This document shows, piece after piece, positions 44,370 to 64,000 of a stretch of DNA of 64,000 bases (its first letter is position 1; each line of letters begins with the position of its first letter). The DNA lies in NCBI RefSeq assembly GCF_009914755.1, contig NC_060931.1, one strand, 5' to 3'. The notes beneath the pieces were generated by a model. It did no database searches. It was not told the origin of the DNA and was given only the letters and a program-made list of their open reading frames with translations. Made by a program: the position numbers and the translations under genes. The stretch comes from the human T2T-CHM13v2.0 reference genome, Homo sapiens.

Positions 44370-45440
44370 CGTGTGGGGTGGAGTTTGCTGTTTTTAGTGT
44401 GTCGGTTGGTGTGCAGTGTTGGCACACGGTGTTGGTGTCCAGTGTTGACACACGGTATTGGGGTTTGCTGTTTTTAGTGTGTCCAGCTGGTGTGCAATGG
44501 TGGCACAGGGTGTTGGTGGGGTTTGCTATTTTCAGCGTGTCCGGCTGGTGTGCAGTGGTGGCCCACGGTGTTGGTGGGGTTTGCTGTTTTTACCGTGTCT
44601 GGCTGGTGTGCAGTGTTGTCACACAGGGTTGGTGGGGTTTGCTGTTTTTAGTGTATCCAGCTGGTGTGCAGTGTTGTCACACAGGGTTGGTGGGGTTTGC
44701 TGTTTTTAGTGTGTCCAGTTGGTGTGCAGTGGTGGCCCACAGTGTTGGTGGGGTTTGCTGGTTTCAGTGTGTCCGGCTGGTGTGCAGTGGTGGCCCACGG
44801 TGTTGGTGGGGTTTGCTGGTTTCAGCATGTCCGGCTGGTGTGCAGTGGTGGCCCACGGTGTTGGTGGGGTTTGCTGGTTTCAGCGTGTCCGGCTGGTGTG
44901 CAGTGTTGTCACACAGGGTTGGTGGGGTTTGCTGGTTTCAGTGTGTCCAGTTGGTGTGCAGTGGTGGCCCACGGTGTTGGTGGGGTTTGCTGGTTTGAGC
45001 GTGTCCGGCTGGTGTGCAGTGGTGGCCCACGGTGTTGGTGGGGTTTGCTGGTTTCAGCGTGTCCGGCTGGTGTGCAGTGTTGTCACACAGGGTTGGTGGG
45101 GTTTGCTGGTTTCAGTGTGTCCAGTTGGTGTGCAGTGGTGGCCCACGGTGTTGGTGGGGTTTGCTGGTTTGAGCGTGTCCGGCTGGTGTGCAGTGGTGGC
45201 CCACGGTGTTGGTGGGGTTTGCTGGTTTCAGCGTGTCCGGCTGGTGTGCAGTGTTGTCACACAGGGTTGGTGGGGTTTGCTGGTTTCAGTGTGTCCAGTT
45301 GGTGTGCAGTGGTGGCCCACGGTGTTGGTGGGGTTTGCTGGTTTGAGCGTGTCCGGCTGGTGTGCAGTGGTGGCCCACGGTGTTGGTGGGGTTTGCTGGT
45401 TTCAGCGTGTCCGGCTAGTGTGCAGTGGTGGCCCATGGTG
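44370..45440. repeat. GT-rich minisatellite, 58-bp unit, about 18 copies, with a 174-bp (3-unit) higher-order repeat
   Basis: Unit ggtgttggtggggtttgctggtttcagcgtgtccggctggtgtgcagtggtggcccac; same-variant landmarks at 44881, 45055, 45229, 45403. Confidence 0.96.
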
Positions 45441-46769
45441 TTTTACTTTGCGATTCCCTAATGAGAGGACATTGGGGCCTTTTCCTGTGCTGTGGTGTGC
45501 TTCTGTGCACCCGTACGTCGTCTTTGGTGGCCATTCAGAACTGCCATCCATTAAATCGAGTTCTGTGTTTCTGAGTGCGGAGTTTGAGGACCCCTTCCGT
45601 GCTCTGGATGCAGGTCCCTCATCAGACTGTTTTAGGCTCCACAGCCAGGCCTCAGCTCCAGCTCCCGCTCCTCTCCTCAGAGCTCCGGCAGCTGCCGCCC
45701 CCATCCCCCCTGCTCTGTTTCCTCCTGCCCCCTACCACAGTGGAGGTGCTCCTTCTCCTCGGTGGACTCGGGCCCTGTGCTCACCTCACCGCTCGCTCCA
45801 GGGGCCAGTCTGTCTGCTGCCATCCTCTGCACCCAGAGGCGGTGAGCCAGGCTTAGTGGCTCTGTGAGCACCCAGCGAGCTGATGAGTGGCTGCGTGTCC
45901 TGTCTTACCAGCAAGAACGGACAGTCCAACCGTGTGGTTGGGTTGCCGAGTGCGTGAACAGGCAAAGTTCGGTAATATTTTCAGACCACTGCTAATGCAG
46001 ACGGTGCTCAGAGGTAATGACCTATCAATAAGGAATTCACATGGGCCTGGATCTGAAGTTTCATCAGAGTCCAGTTTTCCTGTTTCCTAAGAAAATAAGG
46101 TACACACCATGTGGAAATATAATTCGTACCATATAATTTGTTGTTAGCTTTGCAGACACAGCGTAAGTTTCCATTAACAGCACTGAAACCTCCGCCTTAA
46201 AAACCAAGCTTCGTGCTGGGAGGGTTGGGAGGGCACCACTTACCGTCCTCAAGTCGGTCATTTCCCTGAACAGAGTGCCCTTCTCACACGGAAGCACACG
46301 TTCACGCCTGGTGTGTATCTGACAATCACACTGCCAGCCGCCAGCAGCAGATGGCTTGGTGACAGCGGCTCCAGAGTCCTTTCTGCTTTGAGATTATCCC
46401 TCTGTTAAGATTGTTTTCCTTGGCAATGCCTGAGCGTAAAGGAAAGCGTCTCGATGCTGGTGAGTGGCCGGCCAGAGCTTTTCACACAGGAGGACAGAGT
46501 TGGCTCTTCTTAAAGCCTGACTTAGAAGTGAGCAGGGTTCCCTGTGGATGAACGCTGCCACGTGACAGCCTTCCCCCTTCATTCTCCTGTTCTGCCTTGG
46601 AGCTCGCACCCATTCTGCTTTGCTTGTGTGTTTCATCCATGTGTTTGGAAAGATGGAAGCTTGAATGGAAATTGTCAGAAACGTTACGTTGTGCAAATGG
46701 GCTGGAAAAGCTGGTTAACATTGTTTGAAGCCAGCAAGGTCCCACGAGCATTGGCCCACTCTGAGTTAG

Positions 46770-47160
<391 letters not shown>

Positions 47161-47199
47161 TAACAGCGTTTGAGTCCATAAGGACCACGTGGAGGAGGG

Positions 47200-47491
47200 T
47201 GGTCCCCTCTGATAGTAACATTGTGTTTCTCCTTTTTCTGTGTTTGGAAACACTCACTCACTGTCTGTGCTACAGTTTCTGCGTGTTGAGTGCAGTCACC
47301 TGCTGCACAGGTTCGTGGCCTAGGAGCCTCACAGGCTATATCGCACAGCCCAGGCATCGCACAGCCAGGCACGTAGGAGGCTGCGCCATCTAGGCTTGTG
47401 TACGTCACTGTAGTACGTTCACACGGCAACGAAATCACCCAATGACGTGTTTCCCAGAACGCACCCCCCACCGTTCAGCAACGCTTGACTG
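47200..47491 (+). mobile_element. Tigger3/MER7-like (TcMar) 3' end
   Basis: gcctaggagc...ggctata...ccatctaggcttgtgta...gaaatcacccaatgacg...cagaacgcaccccc...gcaacgcttgactgTA. Confidence 0.7.
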
Positions 47492-47493
47492 TA

Positions 47494-47835
47494 CCAGCGG
47501 TCCCCTGCCATTTTGGCACCAGGGACTGGTTTTGTGGAAGACAATTTTTCCATGGGTGGGGCAGGGAGCAGGGTGGTTTCAGGTTGAAATTGTTCTACCT
47601 CAGATCATGAGGCATTCAATTCTCATAAGGAGCACGTAACCCAGGTCCCTCACACGCACAGTTCACAGGAGGGTTTGCCCTCCCCTGAGAATCTCATGCC
47701 GCCACTGATCTGACAGGAGGTGGAGCTCAGGCGGTCACACTCCTTCACCATCTGCTCACCTCCTGCTGTGGGGCCCAGTTCCTAACAGGCCTTAAACCAG
47801 TCCCAGCCTGTGTCCAGGCCTTGCGTACCCCTGCC
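47494..47835 (+). mobile_element. MER1B (hAT-Charlie)
   Basis: cagcggtcccc...ttttggcaccagggactggttttgtggaagacaatttttcca...gatctgacaggaggtggagctcaggcggt...gctcacctcctgctgtg. Confidence 0.82.
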
Positions 47836-47991
47836 CAGCACCGGCCAGTATTTCTTTGGAAACACCCAGAAGCCCAGGTGCCCACAAAGCTCTGTTCAGC
47901 TGTCAGCAGACCCCTCCCCGGCTGTTCCTGGTCACGCATCTCTCATTTTGCAAACTTTCCAGAGCGGATCGTCATCAGGAAGAAAGGTGCA

Positions 47992-50607
<2,616 letters not shown>

Positions 50608-50610
<3 letters not shown>

Positions 50611-51212
50611 CGATGGCTTCGCAGCCGTGTCTCTCATATGGCGATGGCTTCGAAGGCATGTCTCTCTGATCATATGGGGACGGCTTCACAGACGTGTCTC
50701 TCATCATATGGGGACGGCTTCACAGGCGTATCTCTGTCATCATATGGCGATGGCTTCGCAGGCTTGTCTCTCTGATCATATGGGGACGGCTTCGCAGGCG
50801 TGTCTCTCTCATATGGGGACGGCTTCGCAGGCGTGTCTCTCTGATCATATGGCGACGGCTTCGCAGGCGTGTCTCTCTCATCATATGGCGATGGCTTCGC
50901 AGGCGTGTCTCTCTCATCATATGGGGATGGCTTCGCAGGCGTGTCTCTCTGATCATATGGCGACGGCTTCGCAGGCGTCTCTCTCTCATCATATGGCGAT
51001 GGCTTCGCAGGCGTGTGTCTCTCTGATCATATGGGGACGGCTTCGCAGGCGTGTCTCTCTCATCATATGGCGATGGCTTCGCAGGCGTGTGTCTCTCTGA
51101 TCATAGGGGGACGGCTTCGCAGGCGTGTCTCTCATCATATGGCGATGGCTTCGCAGGCGTGTGTCTCTCTGATCATAGGGGGACGGCTTCGCAGGCGTGT
51201 CTCTCTGATCAT
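50608..51212. repeat. Minisatellite, about 35-41 bp unit (TCTCTGATCATATGGCGATGGCTTCGCAGGCGTG), about 16 copies
   Basis: Direct repetition, CpG-containing. Confidence 0.96.
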
Positions 51213-51267
51213 ACACGTCAGCACGTGTGGCAAGTGTGTTGTTTGCATCTCTGTGTGGCTCTAAATG

Positions 51268-51510
51268 TTTGTTTTTTGAGACAGGGTCTCGCTCTGTCAC
51301 CCAGGCTGGAGTGCTGTGGCGCAATCCTCCCACCTCAGACTCCTGCGTAGCTGGGACCACAGGCATGCACCACGGCACCTGGCTAATCTTCCTGTTTTTT
51401 ATAGAGATGGGGTCTTTGCCATGTTGCCCAGGCTGGTCTTGACTTCCTGGGCTCTAGTGATCCACCTGCCTTGGCCTCCACAGGGCTAGGACTGCAGCCG
51501 TGCACCGCCT
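51268..51510 (-). mobile_element. AluJ (internally deleted)
   Basis: Diverged antisense Alu. Confidence 0.85.
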
Positions 51511-51628
51511 CTGTGAATGTTCTGAACGACGGGGCATTTGTCAGCTTTGCGTCCACCCCAAGACTTGTTTTGAAATGGTGAGGTTGAAACTCACAGGTGT
51601 CCCTTAAATGTGATGTGCGGTAACTTGA

Positions 51629-51952
<324 letters not shown>

Positions 51953-52679
51953 TAACTCGAGCTTAAGATCCCGCCTCTGTGGTGTGCGGGGCCCGAGGCT
52001 GTACTGTAGCCAAGACAGCGTTCCCCTCACCCCCGGGCCGCAGGCCCTCCCCACACCCAGCCCCTGGGAACAACTGATCTCCTTTCTGTGCCCGTAGGTA
52101 ACAGCGTGTTGAGGGTGAACCCTTCATGCTCATTTTCAAGCACACTCGGGGGTGCAGTGCCAGGTGCATGTTGTGTAGACGTGTTGTGTAGACGTGCCGT
52201 GCACCAGACAGACAGGGCCCGGGCTGCTGACACAGGACCGAGATGCCCAGCGTTCAGCATTGACATCTGGACTGTCCTGAGGGCCCTTCCAGGCCTCGCA
52301 GGGGCTGTGGGAGCACCCAGACGGGGGATGATGGCACAGCTTCGGGTGTCCTGCGAGTGGTGTCCCTGGTGCAGTCCTCTTTCTCACTCCCTGTCCACAC
52401 TCGGCTGCTGGTTATCGCCTCGTCACCACTGGGTACGCACGAGGGAGTCCCATGCTCAGGCCTCTCCTCCTCACTAGGCCGGGCCACGCCCTGCGCTGAC
52501 AGTCACCACCATGAGGACTTCACACCCACCTCACAAGGATGCTTCCTAGTGCTCAGGAGAACAACTAAAGCTTTGACTTGAGATTTCAGTTGAAAATATC
52601 CTCATCTTGAACCTTAAATTCCATTGCAAGGTAGCCTGGCCAGCAGCTTTTACTTCTAGTGGTCCAGGTCACTGTTACT

Positions 52680-52840
52680 AGCCCAGCGTAGTGGCGTGCA
52701 CCTGTGGTTCCAGCTCCCGGGAGGCTGAGGTGGGAGGATCGCTTGAGCCCGGGAGTTTGAGGCCTCAGTGAGCTATGATTGCGCCACTACTCTCCAGCCT
52801 GGGCGACGGAATGAGACGCTGTCTCAGATAAAACAAAAAA
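52680..52840 (+). mobile_element. Alu right monomer (FRAM-like)
   Basis: gggaggctgaggtgggaggatcgcttgagcccgggag...ctccagcctgggcgac. Confidence 0.85.
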
Positions 52841-53009
52841 ATCTAAATCATTGTGACTGATTTAAAGTAAATGTTCCAGGTTCCATGTTATTTACATGTC
52901 ATGTTTCTGCTTTTCAAAAACTACCGTGAATTTAAAATTGTCTGTAGTTCTCTGTGGAACCTACAGGAGAGCAAGAGACACGGGGGTGAGGCTGAGAGGA
53001 CGAGAGACG

Positions 53010-53548
53010 TGTGTGGGATCCGCTGTGGAATCCCACGGTGCAGAGGGGCTGGTGTGTGTGTGATCCACTGTGGAATCCCACAGTGCAGAGGGGCTGGTGT
53101 GTGTGATCCGGTGTGAAATCCCACGGTGCAGAGGGGCTGGTGTATGTGTGATCCGCTGTGGAATCCCACGGTGCAGAGGGGCTGGTGTGTGTGTGATCCA
53201 CTGTGGAATCCCATGGTGCAGAGGGGCTGGTGTGTGTGTGATCCGCTGTGGAATCCCACGGTGCAGAGGGGCTGGTGTGTGTGTGATCCGCTGTGGAATC
53301 CCATGGTGCAGAGGGGCTGGTGTGTGGTGTCCACTGTGGAATCCCATGGTGCAGAGGGGCTGGTGTGTGTGTGATCCGCTGTGGAATCCCACAGTGCAGA
53401 GGGGCTGGTGTGTGTGTGATCCGCTGTGGAATCCCACGGTGCAGAGGGGCTGGTGTGTGGTGTCCACTGTGGAATCCCACGGTGCAGAGGGGCTGGTGAG
53501 TGTGTGATCCACTGTGGGCTTCCACGGTACAGAGGGGCTGGTGTGTAT
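53010..53548. repeat. Minisatellite, about 45-bp unit, about 12 copies
   Basis: (tg)n gatccgctgtggaatcccacggtgcagaggggctgg at 53018, 53063, 53106, 53151, 53196, 53241, 53286 and onward. Confidence 0.96.
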
Positions 53549-53762
53549 TGATCAGCTTAGTGATGGGAAGGTTGGGTCACTGGTGTCCGATGAGGGGTGT
53601 GTGGTGAACCCCACAGCTGGGACACAGCATCCTTTGGGCCAGACTTCACTGCCTGGGAGGCGTGTCCGGCTCGCTGGCCTCAGGGACGTTCTGAGACCAC
53701 ACCCGGACCCTTGTACCTTTCCTGAGGGCTCTGAGCATGTGCCAAGGACTCACTCTGCCTAA

Positions 53763-54155
<393 letters not shown>

Positions 54156-55689
54156 TAATGACATGTCTGTGGGTTGCCCTGTGCCGCCAGGCTGGGCTGT
54201 CGGAAGCACCCAGCGACGTGTCTGTGGGTCCGCCCCGTGCCGCCAGGCCGGGCCATCGGAAACACCTGCAGTAACCGGAGTGCCCTCGCTGATAGCCCTT
54301 GTTCCGGGGCCTCGTCCTGGGCTGTGCAGAGCTCCAGCCCCAGCCCCAGCCCCAGCTGCAGGCGGCCGCTCACGTTTACATTCGTTGCTGCCCCTTTCTT
54401 GGCCACACACCACAGTTCACGTGTTTGATGACTCAGGAGGCGTCCATGGCCGGGACCCTCTGGCCCATGCTGCTGGGGGTAGATGTGGGGTCCACGTCAT
54501 CCCACCCCTGAGGAGCGTGGTCGCACGTCCACCATCCCATCCAGTCCCCAGGGTACCTGCACAGATCGCACGTCCTCAGGGGGCACTGACAGCCTGTTCC
54601 CCATCAGCCCTGCCTGGCGTTCCGATCTGTGCTTCTCACAGCCCAGCTGAGGATTTGCCAGAGACATTTGTTTAATTTTAAATTGAGCAGCAAATCCTTG
54701 AGCTCAGAAGCTGGAACAGCCTGGGTAGTTGGGCTCAATTGTTTGGAATAATCCATAGTTGTATTCCATGGAAGAAGAGGTGATGGCTTTGCTTTCATTT
54801 GAAGGTGAGTGGTCCCTGTCAGTGTGTGTGTTGGACTCAGCACCCCAGATATTTCTGGGACACAGGGCTGCCCCCACCAGGCGGCCGTGCCATGCAGGGC
54901 GGGCCTCAGCTCACCCCTGGAGGCACTTGCTCCGGCTCGATCGTTTCCGGCGGCTTCTATGGCCCCAAAGCTGGCCTGGGGCACGGGGACTTGCCACTGT
55001 GCTCTCAGCCCGGCCTGTCCTGTGTCAGGCTCCCTCTCCGTCCTCAGAACGAGAGGTGGGGCTGTTGACAGTCATTTTTGTAAACTGTTTTAAGAAACCT
55101 GTAAGCAGTTCCTGGAATACATAGAGGGAAGGAAACGGAGCTGGGGTAAGGAAGGGAGCGGGGGAGGGGCCCGGGCCGCGTGCTCATGGCATTTCAGCCA
55201 TGCTTCAGCTTTTCCCAAAACCCGTTTTTAACACATCATCGAATGTGTGTCAGTTCTCCACTTTCCTTCACCCACGAGGGGTTATGAGGATGCCTTTGAT
55301 TTCTGTATACAGATTTGCAAGCCAGAAGCATTTTTTCCTAGAAGGGCATAACTTGAAAATGTGCACAGGTGCCTAAATCCTTATCTCACAAACTTTATAG
55401 CAAAGAAAGTGTAGTTTTCACATCTCCATGTTGGTTACAGGAAAACGGAATTGTGTCATCCCACAGTTGTGCATTTGGCTCCCCATCTTCCAGTTTTATC
55501 GAGGAAAAATTTAATCACAATCTTTCAAACAGAGACGTCTTTCTGACAAAGTCCAGTCACACGGGACCCCTGGGAAGCCAGCCTCAACCTTCCAGGCTGC
55601 GAACGTGTGTCGGCCCTTTGGCCAAGGAGCCAGTCACAGTGAAAACCCAAGACGTACATTTCACTCCTTTCTTGTTTTTATTTTTTTGT

Positions 55690-56090
<401 letters not shown>

Positions 56091-57135
56091 TAACAGACTT
56101 AAATTTTTGGCAAGAAAGGGTGAAGGTACTCAGGTCTCAGTCAGAATCAGGCCCGTGGTTCTGTGCTCTTCCCACGCCCCTGTGCTCTTCCCGCGGCCGG
56201 CCGGGCTTTGTGTCATGTCATTTGGGAAGTCGATTATGTTTCCCACAGCTATTCTCCAGTAGCTATGAGAACAGGTTGAAAATGTCTTTCAAGAACAAAC
56301 CGAAATTGTTTTAAAAGCTCGTGTTTAAACAGAGAAGTCCGTGTAAATGTATTCTAAACTGAGCCTGGCTTCACTCCCTGCCCTGGGGTTCACAGGAAAT
56401 CTGGCTTTAGCAGTAGGTACTTCCAGGTGTCTCGGGCCCAGTAGGTCCCCTAGAGCTCGACAGACGGGAACTGGAGTCTCCTGGGAAGGAGTTTAGGACA
56501 GGTGTCTAGAGTGAGGAAATGGGTAACTCACCGATTTGCTTCTCACACAGGGAAGCCAGCAGTTGTGGGATGCCATTGCCATTGTTGAAATAGGAGTCTC
56601 TTGTGCTTTTCTGAATTAAAAACCTTTGCAGTCTTAGATAACATTGTTTCAGAAAACAATGTTTGAAATAGTATTTCAAAAAATACTGAGAATTATTTCC
56701 TGCTGTATCTTTTTTCTTTTTCGTTCTGTGTGTGTGCGTTGTATGTAGGCAGACACTGAAAATTGTCTGGTCAAATATAGAGAAATCTATAAATGTGAAG
56801 TCTTGTCACTTCCTCAGAGACGGTGCTGCGTTCGTGGCAGGAGGGTGGTGCTTGCTGCAAAGGATGCCTGATTCCCTGTTTGTTCCTGTGCTTGGAGGTG
56901 TGGTCAGCCAGGAGGGGCTGTGTCTTCTAAACGCACCTGCCTTTTGATTTTAACCGAAAAGATGATCGCTCCTGAAATGTACATGACAGGTCATTCTAGA
57001 AACTAGCCAGATATTGTCCTCAGAAGTCAGCCAGTTAGTACAGGCCTTAGAGAAATTGGGCTGTGGGAAAAATCAGGAATGGAATAAAAACAAATCTGTG
57101 GCTTCTGTGGGAGTTGGGGCCACGACAGGGCCACA

Positions 57136-57230
57136 CGGCTCCTCCAGCTCCGAGGGAGACGGGGCCGCGCGGCTCCTCCAGCTCTGAGGGAGACGGGGCC
57201 GCGCGGCTCCTCCAGCTCCGAGGGAGATGG
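57136..57230. repeat. 34-bp tandem repeat, about 2.8 copies
   Basis: cggctcctccagctccgagggagacggggccgcg repeated. Confidence 0.9.
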
Positions 57231-57597
57231 AGCCATGCAGCTCTGTGTCTTCTGTGGGTCAGGGCGGGGCCGGGGTGCAAGGACAGAACGCTGCTGTAGT
57301 ACAGTGGGAGTGTTTTGTTTAGTCTTCCATGATTTACGTCAGTGGGGAATGAGGCTTAGAGTTTTAGAGCTGATTAGGAAATTTAGAACCAACCCATTGT
57401 CTAGCCAAATAATTACCAAACTTCTTTGAACTTGCACCCCCATTAGTAAAAACAGTTTTTAAGCATAGGCCTCCAATATATGTACACTGTTGATAAATCA
57501 CGTGTTTAAATTACATGGCCACGGTCCTGACTCACTCTGTACTTTATGAAACATACATAAAATAGACATTAGAGGGACGTTATAAGAAGTAAATACA

Positions 57598-57752
57598 GGC
57601 CAGGCGTGGTGGTTCTTATCTATGATCCCAGCACTTTGAGAGGCCACGGCAGGAGGATCACTTAAGGCTAGGAGTTTGAGACTGCAGTTAGCCACGATTG
57701 CACCACTGCACTCCAGCCTGGGCGACAGAGCAAGACCCTGTCTCTAAAAAAT
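57598..57752 (+). mobile_element. Alu monomer (FRAM/FLAM-like)
   Basis: Single arm with A tail. Confidence 0.85.
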
Positions 57753-58458
57753 AAGTTAAAATTTATTTAGAAAGAAGTAAGCACACGCAAAGCCTTAGGA
57801 ATTCTTGGGTCCAGCACACGCCTGCTGTGTTGCGGGCTTCAGAGCCTGGCTGATTCACAGTGGATGAGGCTGGAGCCGGGAGGGGAAGCCATTCATCCAG
57901 CGCAGCCGTAGGTGCAGAGCTGAGACTCCACCTCCCCGTCAATCAGTAAACATGTTAAGCCATAGAATTTTATTTGTCTTAAAACTTGGTGTTATAGAAA
58001 AGCTCAAAAATGCACAGAAGAGGGGCAGGCAGCAGAGCGACTGCCAGCTTCAGCGCTGACCAGCCCTTGGCATGCGTGTTCTGCCTGCCTGGGGCCACTT
58101 TTCTTTTTAACTTTGGAGGGCGGGGAGAACTTGGGCATGTTGTAAAGCAGATAATGCAGTGCGCCGTCATTTCCCTCACAGGTGCCGTGTGCATCACTAA
58201 CGCAGCTTCTCCACCACATAGCTCAAGTGCCTGTTCACATTTCACAAAATAAGCACAGATTCCTTAGCTCCCAGTCTGTGTTCAGTTTTCCCATCAACAA
58301 GCACGCCCTTTTATGGTTGACATGCCGGCACCCTACCTCCAGCGCCTGGGGGCTCTCCCTGCAAGGGCTCTCCCATGGCTGCTGCCCCTCGTGAGCCGTA
58401 GACTAGGAGCCCCGGGCGGGCTCTGTCGGCCCTGACACTGGGGCCGGAGCGGGAGCCC

Positions 58459-59018
<560 letters not shown>

Positions 59019-59285
59019 TGACCTAGCGGAGCTCACAGCTGGAAGGCATCTCTAAGTGAGGTGAACTGTCTCCTATGCATCCCCTCTGTGCTTGACCAGC
59101 AAAGACCAGGGATTGAGAACCTTGCGGGTGAGTCCCCGGGCAACGGCCTTCGGGGCAGCTCTCCAGCTGCCAGTGTATTCTGGCATCAGGGAGTGGAGAC
59201 AGCTGTTTAATGTTAGGGTCTTCAGCAAAGAAGCAAACAAGAAATAAGACGTAACCTTTAAACCTGCGCACTTGAGTAGGGTTTA

Positions 59286-60007
<722 letters not shown>

Positions 60008-60861
60008 CATTATGCCCAAAAATCTTTTAACCCCAACCTTCTAATGGGCTTCTAGGGCCCCTGGAGGCCCCAGTATCTGTCTGCCTCTCTGGAAGCTGAG
60101 ACTTAGTTCCTCCTCCCATTCTGTCTCTGTGGACAGCCCCTCTCGGCAGATTCTCTCTCTGGGAGATTTACGGCCTGAATGTACTATGGGGAACCTGGTG
60201 TGGAGGAGGCTGCTGCCCTCCCCTTCCTTCTTGGGGCCTCTAAAAACAAGCTTCCCAAGGGGCGTGTGTCTCAGCAGATGCTGTCACTGTTAGGGCCTGA
60301 GGTACCAGCAAAAGCAAAGTCTTTGCCTGCTGGTCATGGGGGACGAAGCCAGGTAGCCCCAGATTCAGACTCCAGGCTTGGGGCAATGGCCACCGGGGAG
60401 CCTCAGCCCTTCCTCTGTTCCTAAGCCCCCAAGGAGAGCAGCCAGCTAAAAGTAAAAGGTGGCCAAGGTTATCATCTCTGTCTGCCCAGTTACTTTTACC
60501 TGGAGGTCTGGTCTGCTGGGCTTAACTCTTTAAGCCACTTGCCCGCCCCTCTCTGCTCCTCACCACCTCAGAGGAGCCCTGCCTGCCCAGGCGGACACCA
60601 CGTCCGTGTAAGCCCCAGGACCACCTGTGCTGTGTGCATCCCAGTGTGCACAGTGCCTGCTTCATGATTCGCTGCAGAGACGGCGTTGGTGTGAACGGGA
60701 TCAGGGTCTCGCCCTGCACCCGCGGCTCTCGCTCTCCTGCACCCTGGGCGGGGCTCCCTGTGGCAGCCTCCCTCCCGATTATCCTGGCAGGCCCGGCCTG
60801 TGTGGTTCTTACGCGTGAGGGGGATAGTGAGTCCCAGCAGGCAGGCAGGCTTGAGCCCTGA

Positions 60862-61164
<303 letters not shown>

Positions 61165-61852
61165 TGAGCTGTGGTTCACTGAAGCGTGTTGTTAAAAGTA
61201 CCCAATAGTCACTCTTGCCTGGGGAGAAGCAGCATTTTAAGGAGCATCGCATTGAAGACTGTGGGACGCAGCTCTTCCACTTGGCCCGGGCACACGCTTT
61301 CATGTGAAACCTTCAAAGTGTGCTTTTCCGTGGCCTGTTTTGTAGCCTGGCTTCTTAAATACGTCTGGATTTTGTTGCAGAATCTAGATGTCTAGCCGCA
61401 TGGGTGCTGTGTGTGTGACATGGGGGCCTTAGCCCCAGCCCCTCTGAGACCAGCATTTCTGTGGTTCTCTTTGAGCCTGCGGATCAGCCACTTTTCCTGG
61501 GATGGACAGTGTGGCCCAGTGGGGCTTCAGCGCGGGGCAAGATCCACTGCAGAACCCTAAGGAGACGTCCGCTCAGCAGCCATAGTGCCTTGGGACACAC
61601 GGCCCGCGCTGCTCCACGGGCCGTGAACTCGCCGCGGTAGCTCTTCCTCGTTTGCCTCCCCGGCCCTCCCGCTCCCGCCTGCAGCTCCGAGTGCCCCCGC
61701 CTCCTGTTGGATGTGTGCACCAGGGTGGTCGTGCTCTGCATCTGAGGATGCTAAGATCGTTCTTACACAATCTCTGTGCCTGGTAGGGACTCACCTTTTT
61801 TTTCCTGAGACTTGGAAAAATACCCAAAATTGTTCTTTGTCAGTTGCATTCA

Positions 61853-63917
<2,065 letters not shown>

Positions 63918-64000
63918 GCATTAACTCCCAAACAAACAGGCAAAATATCCACATTTTATAAAAAAGAATTAATACAACTAATAAGCAAATAGAGTGGGAA

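Noticed and set aside
44500-45400. Chi-like GCTGGTG motif in each unit
   Set aside because: It is not the exact GCTGGTGG octamer, and Chi has no established function in human DNA.
44189-45867. 265-382 aa Val/Gly/Cys/Trp ORFs resembling membrane proteins
   Set aside because: The 58-bp unit rotates through frames and is stop-poor; no splice or Kozak support.
50694-51026. Arg/Trp-rich protamine- or antimicrobial-peptide-like ORF (IIWRRLRRRVSL)n
   Set aside because: Translation of the minisatellite; unit lengths are not consistently multiples of 3.

Overview
This is human (primate) genomic DNA that I recognise as the subtelomeric 7p22.3 PRKAR1B/DNAAF5 locus. The minus strand carries the first coding exon of PRKAR1B (PKA regulatory subunit RI-beta, codons 1-59, 8441-8617), a CpG-island promoter at about 9.1-10.1 kb, and probable further upstream non-coding first exons at about 24.3-24.8 kb. 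The plus strand carries DNAAF5 (HEATR2) coding exons 1-8 (23816-61069). All eight have GT-AG boundaries and join in one frame (1783 nt); the gene continues past the window. The rest is intronic: about 45 Alu elements, old L1 fragments, MaLR/ERV1 solo LTRs, DNA-transposon relics and about 10 minisatellites. Most other ORFs in the supplied track are artefacts of Alus, high GC or tandem repeats. I found no evidence of a wholly new gene system. The best leads are: (i) a dense array of about 16 U1 5'-splice-site / CACCTG E-box motifs beside the PRKAR1B promoter; (ii) an L1PA insertion inside an Alu showing twin-priming inversion plus an apparent 3'-transduced L1PB end; (iii) several minisatellites seeded by segments of old retroelements, one forming a frame-preserving His/Val/Ala ORF; (iv) probable head-to-head overlap of PRKAR1B exon 1 with the DNAAF5 CDS. 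Repeat boundaries and subfamily calls were made by eye and are approximate.
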